DNA of 63,986 nt, filler included, from Octopus bimaculoides (lineage: Eukaryota), in NCBI RefSeq assembly GCF_001194135.2. It is 7 parts of 7 records of this genome, joined end to end, with 100 filler letters (N's around TTAATTAATTAA, not from the genome) between each part and the next. Parts side by side here need not be neighbours in the genome. Positions count along the whole stretch, not along the records: positions 32,866 to 47,366 come from NC_068988.1; positions 47,467 to 55,212 come from NC_068989.1; 5 more parts are not named here. One strand, given 5' to 3'. The notes beneath the pieces were generated by a model. The model was not told the origin of the DNA, searched no databases, and saw only the letters and a program-made list of their open reading frames with translations. Of the stretch, positions 39,217-52,902 are shown in pieces; within the stretch, counting starts at the first letter, position 1, and each line of letters starts with the position of its first letter. The translations under genes and the position numbers were made by a program.

Positions 39217-40058
39217 CACCACCACCATCACTACCATCGCCACCATCATCACCAATACCAGAATTAGCAGCAGCATCACACATCCACACCGATCAGCATC
39301 CACACAATCACCATTATCAACCATTATCAACACCACCACTGCGAGTCAATGTGTTAACTCGACCTGCTAAAAACAGCGTCCTCCATTCTCAAAAAAATAA
39401 AATAGGACAGAATATCTTAGATCATATGATCCCTTATCAACAACAATTCCGACATAACCAACCAGCAGCCGAATCACTAACCACTTTTTCTATAACTATC
39501 GCTACTAGTATAATTATGACTATTGCCACCAACTCCACCCCCATCATCACCGCAACCGTGACTACAACCGCCATCGCCATCATTTTCATAACAACGACCG
39601 TCATCACCAGCATCACAAGCCACCGTCATCACCAGCATCACAATCACTAGCGGCACGACCATCCCACCATCGTCACTACAGCCACAATTATTACCATCCC
39701 CATTCACTGATGTCCATACTGGGAACAGAGAGATTGAAGTAGAAAGGGATTCGAAGAGGGGTTCGCGGTGGGAGTCATAGACAGACGCAGGTTTATTGAG
39801 AGGGGAGATAAATCTTTTGTTACAGTAGGGGACATCAATCATGGTTTTGATCATGGCCGTCATAGCGGTGGTAATCACTATCATCGTGGCGGCTGTGGTA
39901 TGGGCTATTGTGATGGTGGTCCTCCTAATGATGACACTGGTGATAACGGTAGCAGTACTGATGGTGTAGGTGGCAAAGGTAGTAGTGATAGGGACTGTCA
40001 TTGTTATGAAGGGTGGCGATAGCGGTGGTGGTGGTGCTGGTGCTGGTGCTGGTGGTGG

Positions 40059-40089
<31 letters not shown>

Positions 40090-40900
40090 GCTGGNNNNNN
40101 NNNNNNNNNNNNNNNNNNNNNNNNNNNNNNNNNNNNNNNNNNNNNNNNNNNNNNNNNNNNNNNNNNNNNNNNNNNNNNNNNNNNNNNNNNNNNNNNNNNN
40201 NNNNNNNNNNNNNNNNNNNNNNNNNNNNNNNNNNNNNNNNNNNNNNNNNNNNNNNNNNNNNNNNNNNNNNNNNNNNNNNNNNNNNNNNNNNNNNNNNNNN
40301 NNNNNNNNNNNNNNNNNNNNNNNNNNNNNNNNNNNNNNNNNNNNNNNNNNNNNNNNNNNNNNNNNNNNNNNNNNNNNNNNNNNNNNNNNNNNNNNNNNNN
40401 NNNNNNNNNNNNNNNNNNNNNNNNNNNNNNNNNNNNNNNNNNNNNNNNNNNNNNNNNNNNNNNNNNNNNNNNNNNNNNNNNNNNNNNNNNNNNNNNNNNN
40501 NNNNNNNNNNNNNNNNNNNNNNNNNNNNNNNNNNNNNNNNNNNNNNNNNNNNNNNNNNNNNNNNNNNNNNNNNNNNNNNNNNNNNNNNNNNNNNNNNNNN
40601 NNNNNNNNNNNNNNNNNNNNNNNNNNNNNNNNNNNNNNNNNNNNNNNNNNNNNNNNNNNNNNNNNNNNNNNNNNNNNNNNNNNNNNNNNNNNNNNNNNNN
40701 NNNNNNNNNNNNNNNNNNNNNNNNNNNNNNNNNNNNNNNNNNNNNNNNNNNNNNNNNNNNNNNNNNNNNNNNNNNNNNNNNNNNNNNNNNNNNNNNNNNN
40801 NNNNNNNNNNNNNNNNNNNNNNNNNNNNNNNNNNNNNNNNNNNNNNNNNNNNNNNNNNNNNNNNTGGTGGTGGTGGTGGTGGTGGTGGTGGTGGTGCTGA
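39100..40900. repeat. Compound (TAC/CAC/GGT)n trinucleotide region with a gap
   Basis: Low-complexity sequence; homopolymer ORFs. Confidence 0.85.
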
Positions 40901-41234
40901 AGATTATTAATCCTTGTTCTGCAGGTGGTAGTGCAAATAGTGTTGCTAAAGATAATGGAGATGATTACACTTATTGCACTTATTGGTTATAGCGTGATAT
41001 ATTAAAGACTAACATGCTGATGAAGAAATTCGTATTAACATTGGTGGTGGAGAGGAGAAGTAAATGGTAATTATGCAGTGATAACGGTGGGCAGTGTAAT
41101 ATAGCGATGCTTGTGGTGAGGTCTAACGGTCGCTGGAAGTAGATGGGTTGAATTAGAACTGGAGATAGAGACGGAGAAAGAATAAAAGAGGGCGCGAACG
41201 ATTTGCGAAAATGGGGGAGAGGAAAGTGATAGAT

Positions 41235-41325
41235 AGAGAGGAGTAACTGGAGAGAGGAGTAACTGGAGAGAGGAGTAACTGGAGAGAGGAGTAACTGGAG
41301 AGAGGAGTAAATGGAGAGAGGAGTT
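41235..41325. repeat. 16-bp minisatellite AGAGAGGAGTAACTGG, five copies plus a partial
   Basis: Read directly from the sequence. Confidence 0.9.
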
Positions 41326-42072
41326 GGCGAGTTAGGATGTGAAATGAGCCAAAAATATACGTATATTAACAAGGAAAATTATTATTATTATTGTTTTTGA
41401 TATCATATACATACTACAAATAAGTAACAAAGGAAAAAGAAGCAATAAGAAAATTGAAATAGCAAGCAACAAAAACTTACAGAAAAATTATAAAGACAAG
41501 AAACGAAGAGAGGCAATGGTTTGTCTCGATGAATCTTTAGAATGTGACTCATCCAACCATTCTACAGATTGACCGCAAGGTGTGTAATAAACTGCAACGT
41601 GCATATATACATATATGTGGATTTCTATATACGTGTGGGTGTGGCTAAATGGATAAAGAGAGACAAAGAGAGAGGGGATTCCCACAAGATTTGTAATAAC
41701 TGTGCTATTTATTTTTGCATGTGTGCATGCTTGCCCGTTTGTATGTATGATTTTATAACTATGTGTGTGTATATATAGGACTATATCTTGATGTCTGTAC
41801 ACACACATGCATACTCACGCGCGCGCACACACGCACACACAAACACATACAGACATATGAGTTAAGGTACTTGAAGCATAATATATACGACGTACAACTA
41901 TCTCTAAGAAAGTAATACCATATTATTGTAGAAATTAACAGGTTCAATGCCACAAAGCGATCAGTTGTTATGTGGTTCTTCAGACACCCAAAAATTTCTT
42001 ACGCTTGATATCCGAAGATACTAATCTAGAATATAAGAAATAGCAATTGTGATGTAATCATCAATCTACAAG

Positions 42073-42104
<32 letters not shown>

Positions 42105-42275
42105 TGAGTTATAGTAATTGATTTGGTGTTTATTAGATATATGACTTTTTTCTACAACAATGTAGCCTGTCATTGATTAACAATAACAATAACAATAACA
42201 AAAATTTAGGAGTGGAATGCTATGTCGTATCTGAAGTCAAAAAATTCTGGTGGTGCATCGCATCAAAGCATATAC

Positions 42276-42306
<31 letters not shown>

Positions 42307-42335
42307 TGTATGTATGCATGTATGATCTATCTCTT

Positions 42336-42689
42336 ACTTGTTCCAGTCATTAAACTGCAGCAAAGCAGTTTAGTCAAATGAGCGGACCCCATTATTTAAG
42401 CCTGGTATTCTACCAGTCGCATTTTGCTGAAGTACTCGGATACGGAGACGTAAACAAGCCAACAACGACTGTGAAGCAGTGATGGAAACAACTACACACT
42501 GCAAGGCACGCACATAGATATATATATACAGCGGGCTTCTTTCAGTTTCTGTCTGCCAAATCCACTCTTAAGGCATTGGTCAGCCTGGGACTGTAGTAGA
42601 AGGCACTTGCCCAAGGTGCTATGCAGTGGTGGAACTAAGCTCAATGCTACATGGTTGGGAAGTAAATATTTTACCTTACAGTAACGCCT
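42336..42689 (-). mobile_element. SINE family B, diverged full-length copy
   Basis: Colinear with 6157-6540. Confidence 0.8.
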
Positions 42690-42699
42690 ATATATTTGT

Positions 42700-43065
42700 A
42701 CATGGAGGGTGTTTCAAAAGCCTGTGTCATATTACTACACTGTATATATCTTAATAACTATTGAGGATATCAAAACACGATTTATATTTGCTGGAAGCTA
42801 ATATTTCCACGTTTATACGCGTTTTTACAGGTGTTCAATGCGAGCGCCGCGGGTTTCGCGACACACATCCAAGCGATAATCCAATTCTTTCCAAACGCGA
42901 CCAAGCATAGCGTTGTCGATAGTTGCGAAAGCTTCAGTTATTCGAGTCTTCAGATCATTCATGTCTCTTGGAAGGAGAAGCAAAGCGAGGCGGGAGATTA
43001 TATAGAGACGACTCATTGTTCGCTGTACACAAAAGTAGCAACGTAGAAATAGAAAGATATACGAA
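42700..43065 (-). mobile_element. Tc1/mariner (maT/rosa-like) transposase C-terminus and terminus
   Basis: DLKTRITEAFATIDNAMLGRVWKELDYRLDVCRETRGARIEHL*; GAGGGTGTTTCAAAA TIR-like end near 42706. Confidence 0.78.
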
Positions 43066-43089
43066 AAAACTTTTTTTAATTCTTTAGGA

Positions 43090-44400
43090 AATTTGAATTG
43101 GAAATTGAAATAGAAAAACATCACAAAGTAATAAAATTCCTAGACGTAAAGCTTAGCCTCATTGATGATAAATTAGAACCGTTCCATAAGCCGAGGATTC
43201 AACCTCCCGAAACATATACTGCGAAGCATCCCAAGAAGCGGATATTCGATATGCACGCCGAATATTACAGCTCAGCACTGGCTAGAGCGGAACATAAGGA
43301 TAGAATTATATATATACAGAATAAGACAGAGAAGGCACGATACTTAGAGGGCATTGATAATAGTGGGGATATGCATTGGAATAACCGTAGAATACCAGAA
43401 CCTAGAAAAATGGTAATTATAATCGGGACCAGAAGGGAACTAAAAAACGATAACACTAAAAGTGATAGATATAAAACAGAAACCACGAAACTACAGCCAA
43501 AGTTAGAAAGAAGCGCGCCATTAAACGCCAATAGTAATAATGATAGCAAAGCAGTATAATACACTAACAAACCCAATAAATATATTTGAAAAAATGGAAG
43601 AATAACTGAAATTATTTGGTTTAACCCAATCTTCAATTCACAAGGGGTATCCACAATAGGTCAGGAATTCTTCGCAGCATTAGTTAGGTACTTCCTGAGA
43701 TCTTCCAAATATCATAGTCATCAATAGACATAATGTAAAATTAGCATACGCGACCTCTCACAATCTAGAATACCAGATACACAAACAAAATGACTCAAAA
43801 CTAAATAGAATAAAACTGGAAGGGAAATACGAAACACCCGGAATTAATAATGCTGTATACGACGATGGAAAAGTTGCAAGTAGTGGTAATAAAAGCTCAT
43901 CAATAGCAAAAATGGATCCAAACAGTATCACACAACTACAGGTACAATCCATACATAAAGAAAATGAATACACGATTGCAGGATGAAAAAGAAAGAAGAC
44001 CACCAATAGTAACTCCACGCGGAGAAGGGGAAAACATATATTGTGTACCTTCTGACGTAAAGAGGAATGCATACTTAACAACTGTATGATAAGGAATGTA
44101 GAATACGAATGTGAGATGAAGACAGGAACACAGAAATACGAATACATTGGAGGTACCGGAGATACCCGAGCCTCGTCTGGAGGCTCAAACAGAATTGAGT
44201 GGAACATGTGACTCACTGGTCCATTATTAAAAAAATGCTGCACCATATAATGGAACATCACGAGTATGTAACCTACGCCTAGAAGAAATCCTGGAAATCA
44301 TCACATTCATGGAAAACGTGATAAATAGACATTCTGAGGTGATCATATCATGTAAACATAAGAACAAAACACCGTTTCTGGAATTTGAAAAAAGTGTTTT
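43090..44400 (+). mobile_element. Penelope-like element (RT C-terminus through GIY-YIG, degenerate)
   Basis: IKFLDVKLSL..EPFHKP; later NCMIRNVEYEC..YEYIGGT, SRVCNLRLEE and INRHSEVIISCKHKNK in broken frames. Confidence 0.8.
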
Positions 44401-45099
44401 GAAACGAAATATTTTGAAAATATTATCTTGAAAGGAAATCACACATTATAGAACAGAGAAGGAACCCAAACAGATAAACAAACCAACGAATATTTAGGAT
44501 GTTATACTCTATTCCACCAGAATCAATGAAAAGGTCACCATGAGAAAGTATCATTTATCAATTCAGTCAATAAACACCTAACAGCTGCTGGCTATAGTAG
44601 CAATACTAAAGGACTTGTTGGCTTCAGAATTTATTGAAGATAATCATGCTTTAAATGAAAACAAACAAAAGAATGTGCTACCCATCCTTAACATCTACTG
44701 ATTGAATAGCAAAATAAGTCCAACACTACCACACACATCTCCATCTCCATATAACTACCATTCCTTCTTCTATTTCCATTATTTTCCCCTCCTCCCCACT
44801 GAATACACACAAAAATACCCACATAACTCGCTTAATCTTCAAACTGGTAAAAAGGGATAAACATCTCTCTGTTGTACATCAATTGATGTTATGTCGCTTG
44901 AAGAAATGAATCTATGAAGATGATTAACCTGATGCCCACAGATACTACGGACTGCACTGTAATCATCCCAGAAATACTGACTATGATCTTAAGATATATG
45001 TGATTTGTGGAAACGCGCGTAGCAATGCATTAAATGTTTATAAATTCCATCGATGGATTATTACTATTATTATTATATTCATCCTACATTATATCGGTA

Positions 45100-46317
45100 T
45101 AGCTCGATGCAACCCCAAAAAACTGGTTCACCAGTCAGCATCATTAGACTGTGGCCGGCCTATTCAAAACATTTCTCATAAACAAATATATATATATATA
45201 TATATATTCCATCTTTAAAAAAAATTCCTTTTGCTGTGATAAACTGTCCGAATGCTTCTATTACCTCTTCTCTATTTAAAAATGTTTTAGTGCTTATGAA
45301 AAGTTCAAAATGCTTAAATAAGTTATAATCAGTAGTAGGGATATCAGGGGGAATAGGGAGGATGTTGCAAAATCTCATAATTCAGACTTGGCAACTTTTG
45401 GACCGTAGCTTGAACAGTGTGAGGACGTGCATTGTCGTGGGGCAAAATTAGGCCATCCCTATTCACTAGTCTGAGTTGCTTCTTTTTCAAATTCTCATGC
45501 ATACGATCAATTTCCTGGCAATACGATGTTGCTGTTACAGTTTTTCCTTGTTGCAAAAATGAATGATGAATAACTTCCTTCGCAGACCACCATACAGTGA
45601 CCACTAACTCTTTAGGGTGCAATGGTGGGTTTGGATAGTGTTTAGGTGACTCTCCTGCATCTAATCACTGTCCTGTTCTACAGCTGTTGTCAAAGAATAT
45701 CCATTTCTTATCACAAGTAATGATTTGATGAAAAGATTGTCTTTTTCCAACTGAGAAAGCAACAAGGAGCACACTTCGAAACGTCTTTTTTTTTTAAATC
45801 TCGTTCAGTTGATGTAGAACAAAACTATATGGTTTCTTGACTTTTCCAATTTTTTACAGGTGTCAAAAAATAGTTGTGCGAGATGTTTGGAGTTCTGATG
45901 GAAGTTTTCGAACCTTTGTTCTCGAATTTTGTTCGACCAATGCATTTAATCCATCATGCCGAATAACTTATTTTCGCCTATCCCTTGGTTTATTTTCAAG
46001 GGTGTCATCTCCTGGACGAGAGCTTTAGAACCATCTCTGAACAGTTCTGATATCAACAAAACTATTTCCAAAGTACCGCTTGATATTCCGTAGAGCTTCT
46101 GTGGTAGAGTGACCAAGTTTCTAGTTATACGAGAAAATCACTCAACATAGTTTGGTTGTTATCATTTTTATAAAGTCTATGGTTACGAATTATGTATACC
46201 AATATTGTTGGGAACGAAAAAGTCAAGATTAAATGCAAGGTACCCATAATTGAGTCTTTAAATAACTGAAATAACAAGTAATTAAAAATGCGACATTTCA
46301 TGTGAAACAACCTAATA
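45100..46317 (-). mobile_element. Degenerate near full-length mariner
   Basis: VVTVWWSAKEVIHHSF..HDNARPH..HPPYSP and DIPTTDYNLF; one TIR (CAACCTAATA) at 46308-46317. Confidence 0.9.
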
Positions 46318-47469
46318 TATCATGAGCCCTGAGGTTAATCAGGAAACGCACATTACACTGGATGCACCATCCATAATATTCTTCGGATCTACGCAAGGAG
46401 CAGGTGAGGTGAATAATAAATAAATAAGCAAGTAAATAACAACAGATGGATGTGTAAATTTACTACAGCTGTTTCCAACTAATTTTTAATTGATCAATGG
46501 AGACATTACATCATTAAAAAATTTGTTTTCATCAAGTGTATGTACGAATCACAACATTCAAAAACATTCGAATGCCAACAGCATGTGCCACTTCATGCTT
46601 CTTTGACCATTGTCTGTCATAATTTTAGAAAAATTAGCGTGTTTTCATAAAATTTTCTATAAATACTACAAAATTCTATGACAGACAAGGATCATACAAT
46701 CGTGAAGTGGCATATGCTGTTGGCTTTTGAATGTTTTTGAATGTAAATTTCGATTATATCGGAATTTAATAGGAAAAAAGTAGTGGAATAGTACATATAA
46801 ATGTTGACAAACATCGAAAAACATTGTAATGTGTGTCACTACGTATGCGTACGTGGTCACCATTTTTGTTTTCACATCAGTTTCTTATATAATCAAACTT
46901 TACACACACTGAAAGGTATTTGTAGAAACTTTCATTTAGAAATACCCTGTTTTCGGAAAGCTATGGGGAAACAGAGCCGACTCCTGTGAATTTTTTAACC
47001 TCTTCTCTCCATAGCACCTAAAAAATTATTCGAAAACAAATTCCCATATGTATTTGAGGTGTATTCATAGAAAATTTCATTGAAACATATCAATTGTTTT
47101 GGTCGTTTGGAGAAAGCGAAGTTGGTGGGGCACGTTTGTGTATGTATGTCAATTGCTTTACAATGATTTACATTGCTATTATATATCTACATATCAGCTA
47201 GCTTCGCTTCACTTTCATGTAAACAGTATTTAATTACCTAACTGGTTGTTAAAATAAACAAAGAATATATTTCTTTCGTTCGGTCTGCATCAAAATGGTG
47301 ACAATAATGTGAATGAGATGGGGTAAAGGTATTTACGATGATATTGTATTTAGTGACGGACAGCTANNNNNNNNNNNNNNNNNNNNNNNNNNNNNNNNNN
47401 NNNNNNNNNNTTAATTAATTAANNNNNNNNNNNNNNNNNNNNNNNNNNNNNNNNNNNNNNNNNNNNGTA

Positions 47470-47570
47470 CTAGGCTTCCAAAGAATAAGTCCTGTGGTCG
47501 ATTTGCTCGACTAAAGGCGATGCTCCAGCATGGCCGCAGTCAAATGACTGAAACAATTAAAAGAGTAAAA
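47470..47570 (+). mobile_element. SINE family B 3' end
   Basis: AAAGGCGATGCTCCAGCATGGCCGCAGTCAAATGACTGAAAC then AAAGAGT repeats. Confidence 0.8.
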
Positions 47571-47650
47571 GAGTAATATACATATGTTTATATTTGTGTC
47601 CGTGCATCGATGCACATACATACATAGATAGGTAGATTAAGTGACTGATC

Positions 47651-47706
<56 letters not shown>

Positions 47707-48966
47707 TATAGATATATAGATAGATAGATTAACAATACTTCTGCTTGCATGAACAAACGAGTCGTAACTGTCAAAACACAATGCACTATTTACATGTTTT
47801 ATCAGAAACTGAAACCTCTTTGTTTATGAGTTCCACGTTGCGAAGTGTCCATACCTATCGCTAGAAGAGAAGTAGTATAGCAATATGTAGGTCATGATAT
47901 TCATAAAAAGCATTGAAGTATATTCAGTTATAGAGAAGAACTTACTTGGTGAAAACCATTCCAAAATGCGTCACACAATGCACATATCCACTTGATAGAA
48001 GGAAGGCATGTAATGTATTCACATGCGACAACGTAGTATTTTCCTGCTTTTAGTTTATATCTGCATAACATTCGTTTATGTTTATTTTTAATGCAGTTCT
48101 AGTGATCATACATTTCTAAATCTTAGCTATGTGAGCATTGTTAGCTATGTGAGCATTGTTCCATTTTCAACTATTTGTTGGATAACCGTTGGCGCACAAG
48201 AAGCTTATCCGCCCTTCGATAGGCCTTGTTTTTAGCCTTCCTCATAAATTGCTCAAAAATTGATTTTTGACATATGGTGATAAGTATCGTAATCCTATAA
48301 ATTTAGATTCTTAACTAGTTTTGAACAATGTTCCCATGTCCTCCAAATACACTTCAATACCCTTATGGTTATATTTTTATCACGGAAAGCATCATTTTGG
48401 AACGACTTGAACAATATTGATAGCAATATTCAAAAACTATTATTTTTTTTTAGTTTAGAGAAGAAAAAACGAAACGAAATGCAGTAAGTCTCACGGAAGT
48501 TTGCAAGAAGTTTAAGAAATATATGTACTGGAAAATTTAAAGCCTGGTGTAGAGTAACAGTCAGAAATATGAGAACATTTTAGAAATATATAATTCTTGG
48601 CAGCACAAATAATTTTGCTTGATTAGTGGTTGAAGTTAATAAAGAAGACGTTACAGAAATCACTGAAAGTTGTTTTTACATCCGCGAATGAGTACAATAG
48701 ATGACGAAATATCAGAGATTGTTTGACTACAATCTTGTGGATATAAGTTGAGAAGCGAATGAAGGAATAATCTGCTTGCACATGTTAAAGATGGAAAAGA
48801 AATAATAAATGGATGTACATCCGAATATAAAAAGGAGATACAAATCATGAGAGTATGTAAGTGAGGAGGGATCTCTGTATATATATAATGATAGTTTGAT
48901 TTAGGTCCACATGATAATGTTCTACAAGTACGAAGGATATGTCCCTCTCATCACATGTTCGAAGTA

Positions 48967-49170
48967 CTAGGTGGTATCAAAAAGTTCCCGGACTAGTTCT
49001 GTAGCGCCAACAGATGGCAACACAGAGTTGCGTGTGCAATGAGAGCTAGCAGTGACCTTCGCGAGGCAGTGTGCCGAGTGACATCACTGTGTTTACTTCG
49101 CAAGTTATGAAAATTGTGTTTTTGTGATCACGGTATACTGTAGTCCGCGATTTTGTCATGGACTAGATGT
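48967..49170 (+). mobile_element. Mariner-type terminal (non-coding) fragment
   Basis: GGTGGTATCAAAAAGTTCCCGGACT TIR-like sequence and a GCGCCAACAGATGGC motif. Confidence 0.5.
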
Positions 49171-49190
49171 TGGGTCTACAGGTACAACCT

Positions 49191-49248
<58 letters not shown>

Positions 49249-49479
49249 TTCACGGAGAATTGATGGATAGATAGATAGATATACATATACACATATATAT
49301 ATATTGTATGCGTGTATGTCTGTGTATGTATTAATATACTCGTATATATGAATATGATTTGTAAAAATCATATTCATAGACCTATACATAGACCTGTATA
49401 TGTCCATCTGAATCTCTACGTGTGAATGATTTTGTATATATGCCGAGAGTGTCACGACCAAAGCGAAATCCGCACTGTG

Positions 49480-50487
49480 ATTCTAGAAAGATATCATTTA
49501 CAACGTGTTTGATAATCCTGTCAAGAATGAGTTGAGCAACATTCTTACCAGTAATAGACAGAAGCGATATTCCACGATAATTATCACAGACACTTCTGTT
49601 TCCTTTGTTCTTTTAAAGATGTTGAATTGAGACATCCTTGAAGTCCTGTGGTACACGGCCTACCTTTGAAATGTTTATGAAGAGGTCATGCAGTTTCTTA
49701 AAAAGCTTCTGTTCACCATGCTTGTAGATTTCAGGATGGATAGCATCCCTGCCAGGTGCTTTACCAGAAGAGATCTGTTTAATAAAGTTTACCATTTCCA
49801 GGAAGGACGGCTCCTAAGACAGTTCCGGTATTTCAGTGTGCTGTGGAACAGACATTATAACGTCATCATTAGTGACTGAGGTGGATCTTTCCATTGTTTC
49901 AGGATTTCAGATTTGTCAGTCAGCAGCGTCTCTCTATTCGATAAAAAATAGGAGTTACACCGTGCTCTTGAGGACCATACTTTCTTGAGGCCATCATAAA
50001 AGGCTTTAGAATCCTTTCTGTCCAGCTTCTTGGGGTTCAGTAACCTTGAAAGACCACCAAGCTTCCTTCAACTGTCTCAGAGCAAGTTGGACCTGGCCTC
50101 TGCATTTCTTGTAAGCATTCTCTTTTCTGAATGAGTTTTTTCTCATTTATCCAAGTTCTGTGAGAGCTGTGCATTTTATCTATCAATTGTTGGACATCTG
50201 TGTTGTTATCGTTGAACCAATCTTTATGCTTACGAACAGGAAGTCCAAGAACCTCTACAGATGCAGAGTGAGTTGCATCACGCGGAACCTTCCAAGATGA
50301 TTCTATGTCATCATTGATATCAACAGTGTTGAGTGCAGTGTCCAACTTGATAGAGAGCTCAGCCTGCTTTTCAAGTTTTCAAAGCAGAACATTAATGCTC
50401 TGAGGCACTGATGACTTTTGTTGTCTTGTGTGTTTCAGATGGAATGTAGCCTTACTGCGGAGAAGAGAATAGTTAGTCAGAGAGATA
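49480..50487 (-). mobile_element. RTE-clade LINE, downstream part (end of endonuclease, linker, start of RT)
   Basis: TNYSLLRSK; RKHKDWFNDNN; SSGKAPGRDAIHPEIYKHG..VPQDFKD. Confidence 0.88.
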
Positions 50488-52645
50488 CCAGGGTTGTTAA
50501 ACGGAAAATTCTATTTTATAAAACTATTTTTCAGCTTAAATAATCACCCACCTATAATAAGCGCTCGTGGAGGGTAATATGGAAGTAAAATATTTCACTT
50601 AGGAAAACCAAAGATATTCTCGAAAACCATATTTATTTTATACAATTCCATCGAACTTCTATCGTTTCAGTTATCAGATATATAAACATAAAGAAACTGA
50701 AACAGCCTTAAAAGAAGTAACATATTAAAAAGTATTCTGAAGTTAATAATGGATCTATAAGGAAATATTGAAAATTAAACTGCTGAAAACATAAATAGAA
50801 GCCTCGTGTGAACAAATAATGTCCTTGGGCATTTATGGTAGAATAAAAACCGAATAGCTTCAAGTTAAATATCACGAATTTCTGCATTTGTTGCTTGGCC
50901 CTCATTCACATCAGAACTAATTTCACTTGAATCTCATCTTCAATTTTTGTCATTATGTGCATCTGGCGCATTTACCTCAAGACCAAACAAAACATCCTGT
51001 AAGCGTGAGTTTAAGAGGTTATGTTCTATAGTCTGTCCACGAGGAGCAATTCCACAACATTCAAAGCACGCTTTATAGTTTCTTTATTTAAAGTGGCAAC
51101 ATCTTGGGTCACAAAATTCACTATCTCTTGATAAGAAGGTTTTTTACGTTATCCTATATTTGTATACTCCTTTTTGCCTTTTGAACACCAATTTTCCCAT
51201 TCAGCACCAAGGACATTCTTGAAAGGATCAATAATTGATACATCTAACGGCCGTAAGTAAGATGCTGCTTTAGGAGGTATAAGTTTTCGAATTGTATTCC
51301 TACGTTTGAACACCTCTAGGAGCTCATTTTTCTTGTGCACTGAGCATTCATCCATGAATAGCACTGAATTTTGAACATGAAATAGTTGTGCTATTCTCTG
51401 CCCAAACACTTTGTCAGCCTACAGCTGCATGAGTCCATATGTGATTGATTCCCTGTTGGAGACTGTTAAGTAAATATTCTTTGGGACCTTGATTTTAGGC
51501 ACGTCTTTCAATCCTTTAAGGATAATCATTATTTTCAACACGTTTCCGAGCTTTGGTGGCACCACAGTGACTAGCATCTACATTTTTATTGCCAACAAAG
51601 TCTATGGTTGTTGAACTCAACATGTCAACGTATACAGGTGTTTCATCCATATTATAAATCTGGTCAGCATCCGTATCTGCTGTTAATACTGGAATGCTAT
51701 CTAGATAGTCACTGGCGATTTGTGCCTTTTCTCCAAGTGTTTTATTGTCTGCTTGACCAACATGTGTAATCTTTCTCACAGTCAGTATATTCCGTTTCAG
51801 GAAATTGAAAATCCATTTATCAGAACATTTAAAGCTGTTCATTTCAATTCCAAACCTTTTTACCAATTCAAAAGCATATTCCCGTAAACGGTAATAATTT
51901 ACAATTATACTGTGTGCACACTGAACAACAATACACTGTAAGAGTTCAATCTCTAGATCTTTATGTGCTGGTCTTCCACTCCACCAATTGATCTGTGCCT
52001 CCTCTTGTCTGACATATTAACTCAGTTTCTTTTGTGCACCATTCTCTCAATCATTTTCTATCAATACCTAAGTCCATTGACGCAGCAGATAAATTGCCAG
52101 AATGTTCCTTCACTCGTTTAATAGCATTCAATTTTTCCCTAATGGTACATGATCGTTGAACACGTTTTGATATAATTTCTTTCGATTCTATTATTGGGAA
52201 TAAAAATCATTTGAATTTATTTACAGACGTATTTACTCCGCCAAAACTTACTGTACAATAACATAGTGAAGCTAGCAACGAGATAATTGCTAATGGCACA
52301 CATAAGGAACATTAACAGCAAGACAGTTGTTATTCGCTGGATATTATCGCTCAATAAGAACTTGTGTTACAAATTGAGATATTCAAAGTAAATCAGATCA
52401 CGTAGCAATGACGACAAATATAATCGGACCAGACAAGTGGCGTGGTGCAGCCGACGAACTATCAGAGGGTATTGCATTACTCCTTCGACAAAATAAAGCT
52501 AATGCCGAAGAGAGCAAATGAATTTCTAAACAGAATGCAAGCAAGAATACTAACTCTGTTTCAACTTTTAACCACAAATAACCGCCCATCCAAATAAACG
52601 CCCATGGGCGATCTAATGGATGGACGGATTTTCGGAAAACCCCGG
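50488..52645 (-). mobile_element. Pogo/Tigger-type DNA transposon (HTH-CENPB + DDE_1, degenerate) nested in the RTE
   Basis: FKCSDKWIFNFLKRN, IYNMDETP, VLFMDECSVH, LIPPKAASYLRPLDVSIIDPFK; TA at 50486-50487 and 52646-52647; imperfect TIRs CCAGGGTTGTT / CCGGGGTTTT. Confidence 0.85.
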
Positions 52646-52895
52646 TAGCAGGTGTTATGAAAAGAACGTGTAAGTCCCAAAAATCTCGTGTCTTAGTGAT
52701 AACATAGTCTATGAGATGACAATCCTTAGATCTAGGATGCATCCAGGTCGTCTTGCAACAATTTCGCTGTTGAAAAAACGGTATTTGTCATGCCAGGACT
52801 GAATCACTGCAGATGGAGAGCACACGCAGACCACTGGAGTTCATTCGCCTTACCACATGGCGTCCAAGTAACCCTCCCGTGCCTGATATTCAGTA
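52646..52895 (-). mobile_element. RTE-clade LINE, upstream part (apurinic endonuclease domain)
   Basis: MTNTVFQQ..KTTWMHPRSKDCHLIDYVIT. Confidence 0.88.
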
Positions 52896-52902
52896 GCAAA
52901 AC

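Noticed and set aside
47946-47990. Possible 45-bp minus-strand micro-exon WICALCDAFWNGFHQ with gtaag donor
   Set aside because: Not FREM-like and no supporting neighbouring exon.
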